Shown: in pieces, positions 1 through 10,567 of the stretch
Position numbering within the stretch: position 1 is the first letter of the stretch
Layout: every line of letters starts with the position of its first letter
NCBI GenBank assembly: GCA_963796275.1
Contig: CAWCKY010000007.1
Span: 768,001 to 832,000 of the forward strand
Direction of reading: 5' to 3'
Origin: an uncultured Acidobacteriota bacterium
GTDB taxonomy: Bacteria; Acidobacteriota; Blastocatellia; RBC074
Length of the DNA: 64,000 nt
Made by a program: the position numbers and the translations under genes
The notes under the pieces: model-generated
Database searches by the model: none
Seen by the model: the letters and a program-made list of their open reading frames with translations, nothing else
Told to the model about the DNA's origin: nothing

Positions 1-2
1 GC

Positions 3-482
3 ACGCGCGCGCTGATTCGAAACACGATCTCCATCACCATGCTGCAGGGAAGCAATAAGATCAACGTCATCCCGCCGTCGGCTAGCGCGGAGATCGATAC
101 TCGGCTCGTACCGGGAGAGAAGCTCGAGGATTGGATTGCCGAGTTGCAGGGCGTCATCAAGGACGACGGCATCAAGATCGATCCGATTCTCGCGTTCGAG
201 GCGAACTCTTCGCCGATCGACTCTGCGCTCGTCAGGACGGTAGCTGCGGTCGCACAGAAGCGTTTTCCGAATGCGATCATCACGTATCCCGTGCTGGCAG
301 GTTTCACCGACAGCCATTATTTCCGCGATCTGGGCGTGATGAGCTACGGGTTCTCACCCTTCGTGGCGCCGCCACGCGAATTGGGAGGAGGCTATCACGG
401 CAATAACGAACGGATCGGGAAGAAAGTTTTCGCCGAGGGAGTGAGATTTTTTTATGAGGTGGTCGAGCAACTGGTCAAATGA
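3..482 (+). CDS. M20/M25/M40 family metallopeptidase, C-terminal part (5' end outside window)
   Basis: Frame is open from the window edge. It contains the dimerisation-domain motif NKINVIP, GFTDSHYFR and the C-terminal metal-ligand motif HGNNE. Confidence 0.85.
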   Translation, partial: TRALIRNTISITMLQGSNKINVIPPSASAEIDTRLVPGEKLEDWIAELQGVIKDDGIKIDPILAFEANSSPIDSALVRTVAAVAQKRFPNAIITYPVLAGFTDSHYFRDLGVMSYGFSPFVAPPRELGGGYHGNNERIGKKVFAEGVRFFYEVVEQLVK

Positions 483-886
483 TGATGATGGCTTCCATTG
501 AATTAACGAGACGAATACGCTGGTCGGACGCAGATTTCGCCGGGAGGCTGCATTTCCCCCGAATCTTCGAATATTTCGAAGAAGGCGAGGCGGAGTTGCT
601 GCGCTCAATCGGGCTGCCTATGTTCTGGGAGACCGGCTATGATTTTCCGCGCAAACACGTCGAGGCGACTTTCCATCGGGTATTGGCCCTGGACGCTCAA
701 TTCGTGATGCGGGTGACCGTAGGCAAACTGGGCAATACCTCGATTCGCTACGACTACCAAATCTTCGCGGATGAGGCCCGCTCGCTGCTGGCCCTCGAGG
801 GCAATATGACAGTCGTCGTCGTCAAAGATGGCAGACCCGTCCCAATCCCCGATCATTTTCGCGCGGCCTTCATCAGCCCTAGCTGA
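479..886 (+). CDS. Acyl-CoA thioesterase (4-HBT/YbgC hotdog family)
   Basis: RWSDADFAGRLHF...YFEEG motif, 135 aa, ATGA overlap with the upstream gene. Confidence 0.85.
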   Translation: MMMMASIELTRRIRWSDADFAGRLHFPRIFEYFEEGEAELLRSIGLPMFWETGYDFPRKHVEATFHRVLALDAQFVMRVTVGKLGNTSIRYDYQIFADEARSLLALEGNMTVVVVKDGRPVPIPDHFRAAFISPS

Positions 887-906
887 AACTAATAACTTTG
901 TGCTAA

Positions 907-2442
<1,536 letters not shown>

Positions 2443-2444
2443 TT

Positions 2445-2593
<149 letters not shown>

Positions 2594-2596
2594 TTT

Positions 2597-3004
2597 ATGG
2601 CCGAAAAACTAAATCTAGAAGTAATCACTCCCGAAAAGCTGGCGCTGCGCGAAGCCGTTGATGAAGTAGTGGTGCCGGGGCTCGACGGAGAACTGGGCAT
2701 TTTACCCGAACATACTCCCGTCATCTCGCAATTGAAGACGGGCGTCCTCACTTATCGTCAGGGAAGTGAGAGCAGGCAGATGCACGTCAGCGGCGGTTTC
2801 GTAGAGGTGCTTCCCGATCGCGTGTCGGTACTTTCAGACATCGCCGAGCGGCCGGAAGAGATAGACCTGGAGCGGGCGAAACAAGCACGAGAGCGCGCCG
2901 AGAGGCAGTTGTCTTCGCGAAGCGAGGAGGTCGATTTCCACCAGGCCGAGCTCAAGCTCGAGCGGGCGCTGACCCGTATTCAACTGGCTGGCAGAGGTCG
3001 GTGA
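2597..3004 (+). CDS. atpC: F1F0 ATP synthase subunit epsilon
   Basis: LEVITPE, GELGILPEH, VSGGFVEV, C-terminal helical hairpin; follows atpD. Confidence 0.97.
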   Translation: MAEKLNLEVITPEKLALREAVDEVVVPGLDGELGILPEHTPVISQLKTGVLTYRQGSESRQMHVSGGFVEVLPDRVSVLSDIAERPEEIDLERAKQARERAERQLSSRSEEVDFHQAELKLERALTRIQLAGRGR

Positions 3005-3016
3005 TGAAATCGCCAT

Positions 3017-3493
3017 TCATTGACGACTGATCGTTATTCGCATGGTCGATCCATCCTTGCTCTGATAAATCGAAACCCAGAATTTTTCTTCCGAGATTAC
3101 CGTACGCGCATGTTTCGCTCCATTTTCGAGCTGCGTCACTTCGGCAGCCTCGCCTACCACGTCTTTCCAGGCCGGGGCATTTTTCGGATCCAGGAAAGAT
3201 AGCTGAATGGCCTTGACCTCGTCCTTTTCGTAATGCACCGTCATTGTATCTTCGCCGTTGAGATTGTAATCTTCCATATTCTCGCTCGTGGCTGCCGGCT
3301 TGCCCAATGCCGTGTGCACCTGCTCACGCGTTAACCCAAGTTTAACGCCCTTATATTCGCGCATCACTTTGACGGAAGCCGGCGGCGGATCCTGATTCGC
3401 TGACTGTAAGGTCCAATCTGACCGGACGCGCGCGCTGAGAGCAATGCTGGCTATGGGCACTAGAATGAGGACAACTTTGACCAATCGGTTCAT
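3017..3493 (-). CDS. Exported hypothetical protein
   Basis: RBS AAGGAG precedes the ATG at 3493. N-terminal hydrophobic signal, then a YKGVKLGLTREQVHTALGKP segment resembling SmpA/OmlA-like small domains. Confidence 0.7.
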   Translation of the reverse strand: MNRLVKVVLILVPIASIALSARVRSDWTLQSANQDPPPASVKVMREYKGVKLGLTREQVHTALGKPAATSENMEDYNLNGEDTMTVHYEKDEVKAIQLSFLDPKNAPAWKDVVGEAAEVTQLENGAKHARTVISEEKFWVSIYQSKDGSTMRITISRQ

Positions 3494-3613
3494 GATTGTT
3501 CTCCTTTTCAAGAATTGCGTTGTGCCAAGCGTTTACCGGGCTTCTGACCTTTCAGAGCCGGCTGAGATAGTGCGATTGTAAATGCCCGCGAGTACCACGC
3601 CAGGGAATATGAC

Positions 3614-3641
3614 TTGACACTCATTGTCAGAAGGGCATTAT
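3614..3641 (+). promoter_or_regulatory. Putative sigma70 promoter of the tol-pal operon overlapped by a TGACA-N5-TGTCA palindrome
   Basis: Perfect TTGACA at 3614-3619 and CATTAT 16 nt downstream; inverted repeat tgaca-ctcat-tgtca. Confidence 0.35.
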
Positions 3642-3760
3642 TGAACCCGATTGTGGCCGCATGATAGCATAGCCCCGCGTATTAAAAAATGAATATGTTC
3701 TTTTCTGCTAATCCATACATCGTCAGCCTACCAGTCTGACGGATATCATCTGACGGAGAA

Positions 3761-4522
3761 TTGCAATTGATAAATGCGCATTTCTTATTTTTATTTTTCT
3801 CACTGCTGCAGGAGCAGACTGCCGAACGTACAACCGGTCTGGTCGATCTGATTCTGCGCGCCAGTCCCATCGCTCAAATGGTGCTGGCGGTTCTTTTTCT
3901 CTTCTCGTTGGCATCCTGGGCGATCATCTTTGCGAAGGCCCGAGCGACAAAGAGGGCGGAGCGTAAATCTGCCCAGTTCCTCCAGGTCTTCGACCGCAGC
4001 AAGCGGTGGGCTGACTTGCGCGCAAAGACACAGACCCTGGATGGCAGCCCGCTGGCCGCAATTTTCCTGGCGGCGAGCGAAGAGCTGGAGAATCAGTCGC
4101 GGCTCAATCTTGATGCCGTGCTCCGCGTAATGCAGAGCACGGCGATCAGCGAAACGACCAAGCTCGAACAGAGCATGGGTTGGCTCGCATCTACGGCGAG
4201 CGCCGCGCCCTTCATCGGACTCTTCGGGACTGTGATCGGCATCATCATCGCTTTTCAGGGTTTGACCCAGGCGGCCACTGCCTCCATTCAGGCGGTCGCT
4301 CCCGGGATCGCCGAGGCCCTGGTTGCAACGGCGGCTGGTATTGCGGCGGCAGTGCCGGCAGTCCTCGGTTACAATCATTATCTCGGCCGCATCAAAATCC
4401 TGGCGTCTGAGATGGATAGCTTCTCGCTCCGATTACTGAACTTCATCGAGCGCGAGGCGACCGGGTATGCGCAGAACGAACGAGCGACCTATATGCAGAG
4501 TGAACGAGCGAAGGGTCTATAG
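3761..4522 (+). CDS. tolQ: TolQ (MotA/TolQ/ExbB proton channel)
   Basis: APFIGLFGTV and IQAVAPGIAEALVATA motifs; first gene of the tol-pal cluster. Start uncertain. Confidence 0.92.
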   Translation: MQLINAHFLFLFFSLLQEQTAERTTGLVDLILRASPIAQMVLAVLFLFSLASWAIIFAKARATKRAERKSAQFLQVFDRSKRWADLRAKTQTLDGSPLAAIFLAASEELENQSRLNLDAVLRVMQSTAISETTKLEQSMGWLASTASAAPFIGLFGTVIGIIIAFQGLTQAATASIQAVAPGIAEALVATAAGIAAAVPAVLGYNHYLGRIKILASEMDSFSLRLLNFIEREATGYAQNERATYMQSERAKGL

Positions 4523-4527
4523 AAAAT

Positions 4528-4620
4528 ATTTTCATTCTCCCGGTTTTCATTATTCATTTGCCATTGGATGCGCATTTCTTCGAGGGCAAATGAAAAAATG
4601 ACAACTGGAAAATGGAAAAT
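4528..4620. repeat. Heptamer-arm hairpin (ATTTTC/GGAAAAT family)
   Basis: Left arm ...attttc attctcc cggttttc attattc atttgcc; right arm ggcaaat gaaaaaat gacaact ggaaaat ggaaaat. Confidence 0.7.
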
Positions 4621-4660
4621 CTTTTACTTATCCTTGATCCTCATCACCACATTTGAGACT

Positions 4661-5089
4661 ATGGCTTTTACCGATAGAAATGGAAAGACGCAAACTGCGC
4701 TGGCAGAGATCAATGTAACGCCGTTGGTCGACGTGATGCTGGTCCTACTGGTGATCTTCATGATCACCGCCCCGATTCTTCAAACAGGAATCCAAGTTAA
4801 CCTGCCCAAGACCCGCGAAGCGCAGGCGAAGGAAGCCACGCCCCAGGCTCTCATTATTTCAGTCGATAAAGAAGGCGCGATTTATCTGAGCGGTAAAAAT
4901 GAGCGCCAGGCGATCAATATCAACGACCTGCCGGAAATCCTGAATGACCGGTTGGGCAGTTCGAATGACCGTCGCGTCTATCTCCGCGGCGACGGCGAAA
5001 CGCCGTATCGTGTCATTGCTTATGTGCTCGATCAGGCGAAGAGAGCGCAGGCAAATGTTAGCCTGGTTACAGAACCGACAAGGAGATAG
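4661..5089 (+). CDS. tolR: TolR (ExbD/TolR family)
   Basis: EINVTPLVDVMLVLLVIFMITAP motif. The ORF-track upstream extension (from 4568) runs through the repeat element, so ATG 4661 is preferred. Confidence 0.93.
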   Translation: MAFTDRNGKTQTALAEINVTPLVDVMLVLLVIFMITAPILQTGIQVNLPKTREAQAKEATPQALIISVDKEGAIYLSGKNERQAININDLPEILNDRLGSSNDRRVYLRGDGETPYRVIAYVLDQAKRAQANVSLVTEPTRR

Positions 5090-5100
5090 TTGACCAAGAA

Positions 5101-5916
5101 GTGAATCTCGATCAACGCTCGGGAGCGATTTTTTCAGTGGTTTTGCACGTGGCCTTGATGGCGACGTGTGTCTGGATGTTCCGGCAGCCGATCAGCACCA
5201 ATATCGTCGCGGCCGGAGAAGGCCAGAACGGCGGAGAGAGCGTGATCGAGGTCGGTGTGGTTGAAGCCGGCCAGCTCGGGTTGACCTTGCCTCGTTCGAT
5301 ATCCACCCTGGGTGAGGATGAAAACCCCGCCAACAATCTGATAGTCGAGCGGGAAATTCCGAAGCCCGAGATCGATGCGGAGCTGCTCCCATCCGATAAG
5401 CAGCCGCCGAAAACGAAAGAAAACAAGACGGACCGTCCAACGGCGAATCAGCCCGATCGGCTTGTGACAAAAGAGCCGATGAGCGGAAGATCGTCCAATA
5501 CGAATGTAGAGGTCGGCCGCACCTTCGGTTCTCAAACTCCGGCGATGAGGGCCGGCGTCGGCGTCGGGACCGGCGCGAATCTGGGGGCGACCGGTGTTCC
5601 TGGAGGTTCGGCGTACGGTCGTCTCATCCAGACGATATTGAGCAGTAACTATAATCCACAGACAATCAACGATGCCGCGGGAACGCAGTATGTCATAGTC
5701 CAACTCCGCATCGCGCGAAATGGGCGAATACTTTCGGTCGTCAATGGCCGAGTGAACCCGAGCCATATTACACAGCGCAGCTCGAACAATCTGATCAACT
5801 CGGCCGTGGAACGCGCGATCATCGCCTCGGCCGACAAGCTGCCGGCCTTTCCGAACGGGTTTTTGATGAGCTCTCAGGAGGCGGTCGCTGAGGTCTGGTT
5901 CCGCTATCCCAAATGA
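5101..5916 (+). CDS. tolA: TolA/TonB-like energy transducer
   Basis: N-terminal TM helix with S-x-x-L-H motif (SVVLH), Pro/Gly-rich linker and TonB/TolA-type C-terminal domain; lies between tolR and tolB. Confidence 0.7.
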   Translation: MNLDQRSGAIFSVVLHVALMATCVWMFRQPISTNIVAAGEGQNGGESVIEVGVVEAGQLGLTLPRSISTLGEDENPANNLIVEREIPKPEIDAELLPSDKQPPKTKENKTDRPTANQPDRLVTKEPMSGRSSNTNVEVGRTFGSQTPAMRAGVGVGTGANLGATGVPGGSAYGRLIQTILSSNYNPQTINDAAGTQYVIVQLRIARNGRILSVVNGRVNPSHITQRSSNNLINSAVERAIIASADKLPAFPNGFLMSSQEAVAEVWFRYPK

Positions 5917-6515
5917 GAACAAACGTCACAACTTATTATCTCGAAATGGCCGACCCGTCGATGTTGCGGCCATCTCGCGCGAGCGGTCAGGACCTTCGGG
6001 TGCGGCGGGCGGAAGTTCCGTGCCCTGAATTGAATCGATTCCTTTATACGGCAGTCGGAGGGGATTGGTACTGGATTGACCGGCTGAGCTGGACTTATGA
6101 CCAGTGGCTTTCGTATGTCAATCGACCAGAACTGGAAACGTGGATCGGTTATGTGGCGGGCACGCCAGCCGGCTATTACGAGCTCGAGCTTCAGACTGAA
6201 GGTAATGTAGAGATAGCTTATTTCGGGTTGTTGTCTCAGTTCAGCGGGCGCGGGATAGGCGGAGAATTATTAACCAGAGCGGTCGAACGCGCATGGTCGA
6301 TGCAGGCAATGCGGGTTTGGGTGCATACCTGTTCGCTGGACGGCCCCGCAGCGCTGGCAAATTACCAAACGAGAGGATTCACTCTCTACCGAGAAGAGGT
6401 TTCACAAGTGGATTTACCTGAAGAGGCGCCGGGACCCTGGTCCGGGGCTCGGAGGACAGGAGACAGAAGTCAGAAGAAGAACGAACTCCCATTCCGCAAT
6501 CCTTCTGACTCATGA
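5913..6515 (+). CDS. GNAT family N-acetyltransferase
   Basis: Acetyl-CoA motif FGLL..FSGRGIGGELL and VWVHTCSLD..ALANY..RGF; ATGA-coupled to the tolA-like gene. Confidence 0.9.
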   Translation: MRTNVTTYYLEMADPSMLRPSRASGQDLRVRRAEVPCPELNRFLYTAVGGDWYWIDRLSWTYDQWLSYVNRPELETWIGYVAGTPAGYYELELQTEGNVEIAYFGLLSQFSGRGIGGELLTRAVERAWSMQAMRVWVHTCSLDGPAALANYQTRGFTLYREEVSQVDLPEEAPGPWSGARRTGDRSQKKNELPFRNPSDS

Positions 6516-6528
6516 CTTATGTCTTCTG
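6453..6528. repeat. Heptamer-arm hairpin (AGACAGA/TCTGACT family), overlapping the GNAT 3' end
   Basis: aggacag gagacag aagtcag aag ... cttctgact catgact tatgtct tctg. Confidence 0.7.
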
Positions 6529-6548
6529 TGTATGCATAGGAGAATTGA

Positions 6549-7850
6549 ATGAGTAAATCGATGGCTAAAATTTTGCTTTGTTTTTTTATTATTATCGGCG
6601 CAATGCCGGTTTATATGATTGATGGTTCAGCGCAGCAGGCACAAGACGACTTGCGCCGACAGATTGGGACGATCATTGTCACGCCGGGAAACGGCCCAGC
6701 GCTTGCGGTCGCCGACTTTCAGCCGCGTTCGAGCGGGCTCGATAGCGAACTCGCGATTTTCAACGAGACCCTCTGGAATGATCTGCAATTCGCCGGCGTC
6801 GCGAATCTGGTCGGAAAGAGCCTCTATCCTAAAACCAAACTCGCCGATCCGGCGGCCCTGCGTTACGACGAATGGGTGAACGAGCCAGTCAAGACCGATT
6901 ACGTCGCTTTCGGGGGTGTCCTCGGCGCACAGGAAGCGCAAGGTTATTTCTTCGACGTGAAGACACAGCAGCGTCTTTTGATGTCGCAATTGAGCGGTAA
7001 GCCGCGCGACATGGCACATGAATTCGCCGATCAGATCGTCAAGCTCTTGACCGGTCAGGACGGCATCGCAACTTCGAAGATCGCATATATTCATAGCAAA
7101 GAAGTAAATATGATGGATTATGACGGGCATGATGCCCGGGCTCTGACGCGGGACGGCTCGATTGCGCTCTTTCCGGCGCTCTCGCTGGACGGCAAATGGC
7201 TGGCCTACGTTTCGTACCGGAGCGGAAATCCGAACATAGTAGTCCGAAGTGATGATGGGTTGATCATCGGCTCGACGCAGTTCAAAGGCACCACAACCTC
7301 GCCTGCCGTCTCGCCCGATGGTCGCATAGTTTTCGCTTCGAGCAAGGACGGCGATTCGATGGACCTCTATACTGCCAATAGAGACGGGTCGAACGCCCGC
7401 CGCCTCACCCGTACACGCAATGCGGTCAATATTTCGCCCCGCTGGAACCCTAAAACGGGGCGCGAGATCGCCTTCATCTCCGACCGCGGCGGATTACCGC
7501 AAATCTATTTGATCGGCGCCGACGGTACGAACGAAAGACCTCTTCTATCAATCGGAGGGCATATGGATTCCCCCGCATGGTCTCCGGATGGCCGTTTCAT
7601 CGCATTCACATGGGATGGCGGCGGAGGAGGGCCATACAACATATATCTATTGGATGTCGCATCGGGCCAGCTGCTTCAACTCACCCGCGAGTCTCGCAAT
7701 GAAAACCCCAGTTGGTCGCCTGACAGCCGTCACATCGCGTTCCAATCGAACCGGAGCGGACGTTGGGAGATCTGGGCGATGCACATCAACGGAAGTGGAC
7801 CGCGCCAGTTGACGCGCACCGGAGGGCGTTCTCCGTCGTGGTCAAAATGA
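6549..7850 (+). CDS. tolB: TolB (Tol-Pal beta-propeller protein)
   Basis: Signal peptide, AHEFAD motif ending the N-domain, multiple PD40 repeats (SPAWSPDG, NPSWSPD). Confidence 0.93.
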   Translation: MSKSMAKILLCFFIIIGAMPVYMIDGSAQQAQDDLRRQIGTIIVTPGNGPALAVADFQPRSSGLDSELAIFNETLWNDLQFAGVANLVGKSLYPKTKLADPAALRYDEWVNEPVKTDYVAFGGVLGAQEAQGYFFDVKTQQRLLMSQLSGKPRDMAHEFADQIVKLLTGQDGIATSKIAYIHSKEVNMMDYDGHDARALTRDGSIALFPALSLDGKWLAYVSYRSGNPNIVVRSDDGLIIGSTQFKGTTTSPAVSPDGRIVFASSKDGDSMDLYTANRDGSNARRLTRTRNAVNISPRWNPKTGREIAFISDRGGLPQIYLIGADGTNERPLLSIGGHMDSPAWSPDGRFIAFTWDGGGGGPYNIYLLDVASGQLLQLTRESRNENPSWSPDSRHIAFQSNRSGRWEIWAMHINGSGPRQLTRTGGRSPSWSK

Positions 7851-7917
7851 TTTACACCAATAATAACGACACCTAAGAGTTAACAAGAATTATTCATCTA
7901 AAGGAGATAGACAAATA

Positions 7918-8895
7918 ATGAAAAGCAAAATCGATAAGTTGTCTTTGCTGTTATTTGTTATGTTGATATCAGTCCTGATTTCAGCTTGTGCCCCACCGAC
8001 TGCAAAGATCAAAGTTTCAAGAAGCGAGATCAAAGCTGGCGAGCCGGTTAACGTCAGCTGGGAAACTAAGAATGCGAAATCTATCGAACTAAACGGCCAG
8101 ACCGTCGATAAGATCGGTTCTAAGACCTTTACCCCGGGCGACACTACCAACTATGAGATCGTCGCCAGGCGCGGCAAGAAATTGGCGCGTGACCGCACGG
8201 TCGTTAGAGTCGAGATAATCAAACCGCCGGCACCGACGGCCAGGCTCACGGCAGAGCCGGACGCCATCGAGCGCGGGAAGATCACGAAGTTGAAATGGTC
8301 GACCGAAAACGCCAAGATCATCACGATCGAAGGGCTCGGTGAAGTACCCTCCACAGGCGAGCGCGAAGTCAGCCCGCGCGTTTCAACCACTTATACTCTG
8401 AGCGGAGTTGGCGATGGCGGGAGCGCGAGCGCCAGCGCACGCGTTACCGTGATCGATCCTCCTCCTCCTCCGGTAGCTGAACGGCCGCGGGTGACCGATC
8501 CAGGACCCTCGATCGCCGACCAGTTCAAGAGCATCATGGCGTCGGTATTCTTCGACTACGATAGCTTCGAGTTGAAGACGACGGAAGAAGCTAAATTGCG
8601 GCGGATGTCTGATTGGCTTAACCAGGACAAAAATCGTACTATCGTTTTCATGATCGAAGGCAACTGTGATCCGCGAGGAACGGCGGAGTATAATATTGGT
8701 CTGGGCGATCGCCGGGCGCGGACCGTCAAGGATTTTCTGGGAAGCCTCGGCGTCGATCCGAACCGTATCGATACGATAAGCTACGGTTTGGAGAGAGCGA
8801 AAGGTTCTGATGAGGGCTCTTCCGATATCGTACCTTCGTGGGCAAACGACCGGAGGGATGATTTCGTCTATAAGAGCGGCGGGGTCAAACCCTAA
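7918..8895 (+). CDS. pal: Peptidoglycan-associated lipoprotein with two N-terminal Ig-like repeats
   Basis: Lipobox ISAC; C-terminal OmpA domain VFFDYD...IEGNCDPRGTAEYNIGLGDRRA...ISYG; follows tolB. Confidence 0.9.
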   Translation: MKSKIDKLSLLLFVMLISVLISACAPPTAKIKVSRSEIKAGEPVNVSWETKNAKSIELNGQTVDKIGSKTFTPGDTTNYEIVARRGKKLARDRTVVRVEIIKPPAPTARLTAEPDAIERGKITKLKWSTENAKIITIEGLGEVPSTGEREVSPRVSTTYTLSGVGDGGSASASARVTVIDPPPPPVAERPRVTDPGPSIADQFKSIMASVFFDYDSFELKTTEEAKLRRMSDWLNQDKNRTIVFMIEGNCDPRGTAEYNIGLGDRRARTVKDFLGSLGVDPNRIDTISYGLERAKGSDEGSSDIVPSWANDRRDDFVYKSGGVKP

Positions 8896-8898
8896 ATA

Positions 8899-8990
8899 CC
8901 AGAATATTGGAGACAGCGGACAGAAGTCAGATAACAGAGGCTGGAAGGATCATTGATTACTTCTGACTTCTTTCTTCTGGCTTCTGTCTT
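8899..8990. repeat. Heptamer-arm hairpin (ACAGAAG/CTTCTGN family)
   Basis: acagcgg acagaag tcagata acagagg ctggaag ... cttctga cttcttt cttctgg cttctgt. Confidence 0.75.
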
Positions 8991-8992
8991 CT

Positions 8993-9016
8993 TTATTCAC
9001 AATATATTTATTCACA
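8993..9016 (+). promoter_or_regulatory. Two tandem DnaA-box-consensus 9-mers upstream of cpoB
   Basis: TTATTCACA at 8993-9001 and 9008-9016, both matching TTWTNCACA. Confidence 0.4.
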
Positions 9017-9022
9017 ACATAG

Positions 9023-9919
9023 TTGAAGAGTGAAAAAATGAACCGTAACTCAATGCAGCATCTGACTTTTTTCTTTACAATTCTCGTCATTGCTGTCTTT
9101 CCTTTGTCCGCAGCAGGGCAGAACAAAGAGACGCGCGAGAAGATCGATCAAATGGCAGTTCAGGTTGAGCAGCTCAAGACTGAGGTGATGTTACTTCAGC
9201 GTCAGGTGACAGCGATGCAGGAGACCTTCAACAAAACCAATGGTGAAATGAGTACTCTGATAGTGCAGATGAGCGATAATATCTCAGCCATTCGACGCGC
9301 ACAATCATCCGTTTCGACAAGCAGTACTGATACGGTGACGCAGGTTACCGCCATAGGCGAGCGGATGACTGCGACCAATCAGCGACTGGAGCGACTTTCT
9401 GAACAGTTCGCACAGCTCAAGAAGTTGATAGAAGATTTACCGAAACAACCCGTGATCGCCCAGATCACGCCGGGCAACCCGGAGCAGCTTTTCGCCGCAG
9501 CATATGGCGATTATTCGCGCGGCAATTATGATCTCGCTTTCTCTGAGTTCAAACAGTATGTCGAGACCTATCCCAGCTCGGAGCTGGCGGATAATGCGCA
9601 GTATTGGATTGGCGAGATACTCTACGGGCAGAAGAAATTGCCGGAAGCCGCGTTCGAGTTCGAGAAGGTTGCAGTTGTGAGCCCGAATGGAGATAAGACC
9701 CCGGTCGCTTTATATAAACGCGGGATGATCTTGATGGAACTTGGAAATAAAGATCAGGCAGTTGTGCAGTTTCAAGCCGTGATTAAGAACTATCCGAAAT
9801 CGAGCGAAGCCGAACTCGCCACGCAACAGGTACAGCAGATCGCGCCTGAACTTCTGACCCCGCCACAGCCGGTTCCGGAGAAGACTGCGCCAGCACGGAG
9901 AACAACTCGTAAGCCGTAA
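9023..9919 (+). CDS. cpoB: Tol-Pal system protein CpoB/YbgF
   Basis: Signal peptide, coiled coil, TPRs with YPSSELADNAQYWIGE; last gene of tol-pal. The start may be a downstream ATG. Confidence 0.9.
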   Translation: MKSEKMNRNSMQHLTFFFTILVIAVFPLSAAGQNKETREKIDQMAVQVEQLKTEVMLLQRQVTAMQETFNKTNGEMSTLIVQMSDNISAIRRAQSSVSTSSTDTVTQVTAIGERMTATNQRLERLSEQFAQLKKLIEDLPKQPVIAQITPGNPEQLFAAAYGDYSRGNYDLAFSEFKQYVETYPSSELADNAQYWIGEILYGQKKLPEAAFEFEKVAVVSPNGDKTPVALYKRGMILMELGNKDQAVVQFQAVIKNYPKSSEAELATQQVQQIAPELLTPPQPVPEKTAPARRTTRKP

Positions 9920-10216
9920 TGTATTGAGGTCTGTGCAATTTAATGTTGATTATTATCCAACAGTTTTCTGATTGGCTCCGGAAGAGCCTGAAGTAAATAC
10001 CAATCGATTTACCCATGTCTTACACGCTCCTATTAGGAGCGATTCCTCCGGAGCTTGTGAATCTGGGAGAACGAATATCCTATAAAAATCCATCGCCTCT
10101 GGCCCTCAGGATCGAAACGTTGATTTCAGAAGAACCCCTTATTTGCAGCATTTAATGTATTGTGAGAATCCGTGTATTGCGGGAGTCCGTTCGATATTCT
10201 CTGATTGAGGCGAATT

Positions 10217-10254
10217 TATTGGTAGGACAGATTTTGTAATCTGCCCTACCAATA
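10217..10254. repeat. REP-like palindrome (GTAG type)
   Basis: tattggtaggacagatt-ttgt-aatctgccctaccaata: 17-bp stem with one mismatch, GTAG/CTAC near the ends. Confidence 0.7.
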
Positions 10255-10417
10255 GAAGGCGATCACAGAAAGCATTTCCGGCAAACCCTGGCCCGGGCCG
10301 GCGTTGCCTATCTGTGAAAGCCCTCCTCGCTGCCTGCCCACTCGCTATGCTTTATGCGCAGGCCGCTCTGCTGCGGGGGAGAAAACACAGCCAGAATATC
10401 AATCCAGCCACAACATC

Positions 10418-10460
10418 GGGGCACGCAACGGGGCACGGGGCAACGGGCAACGGGGCACGT
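10418..10460. repeat. Short degenerate (GGGGCAC/GGGCAAC)n tandem array
   Basis: ggggcac gcaac ggggcac ggggcaa cgggcaa cggggca c. Confidence 0.65.
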
Positions 10461-10567
10461 GCCTGGATATGACATCTTTCTCTGATATTTCGTCTATTCG
10501 ATTATATAAGACGTGGAAAAATGGCTGTGGTACCAACTCTGCGAAAAAAATTTTGACTGGGCCTAAC

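Noticed and set aside
4568-4660. N-terminal extensions of tolR, the second ABC permease (19527) and the aldehyde dehydrogenase (28424) in the ORF track
   Set aside because: They are translations of intergenic heptamer hairpins; the family-typical starts lie downstream.
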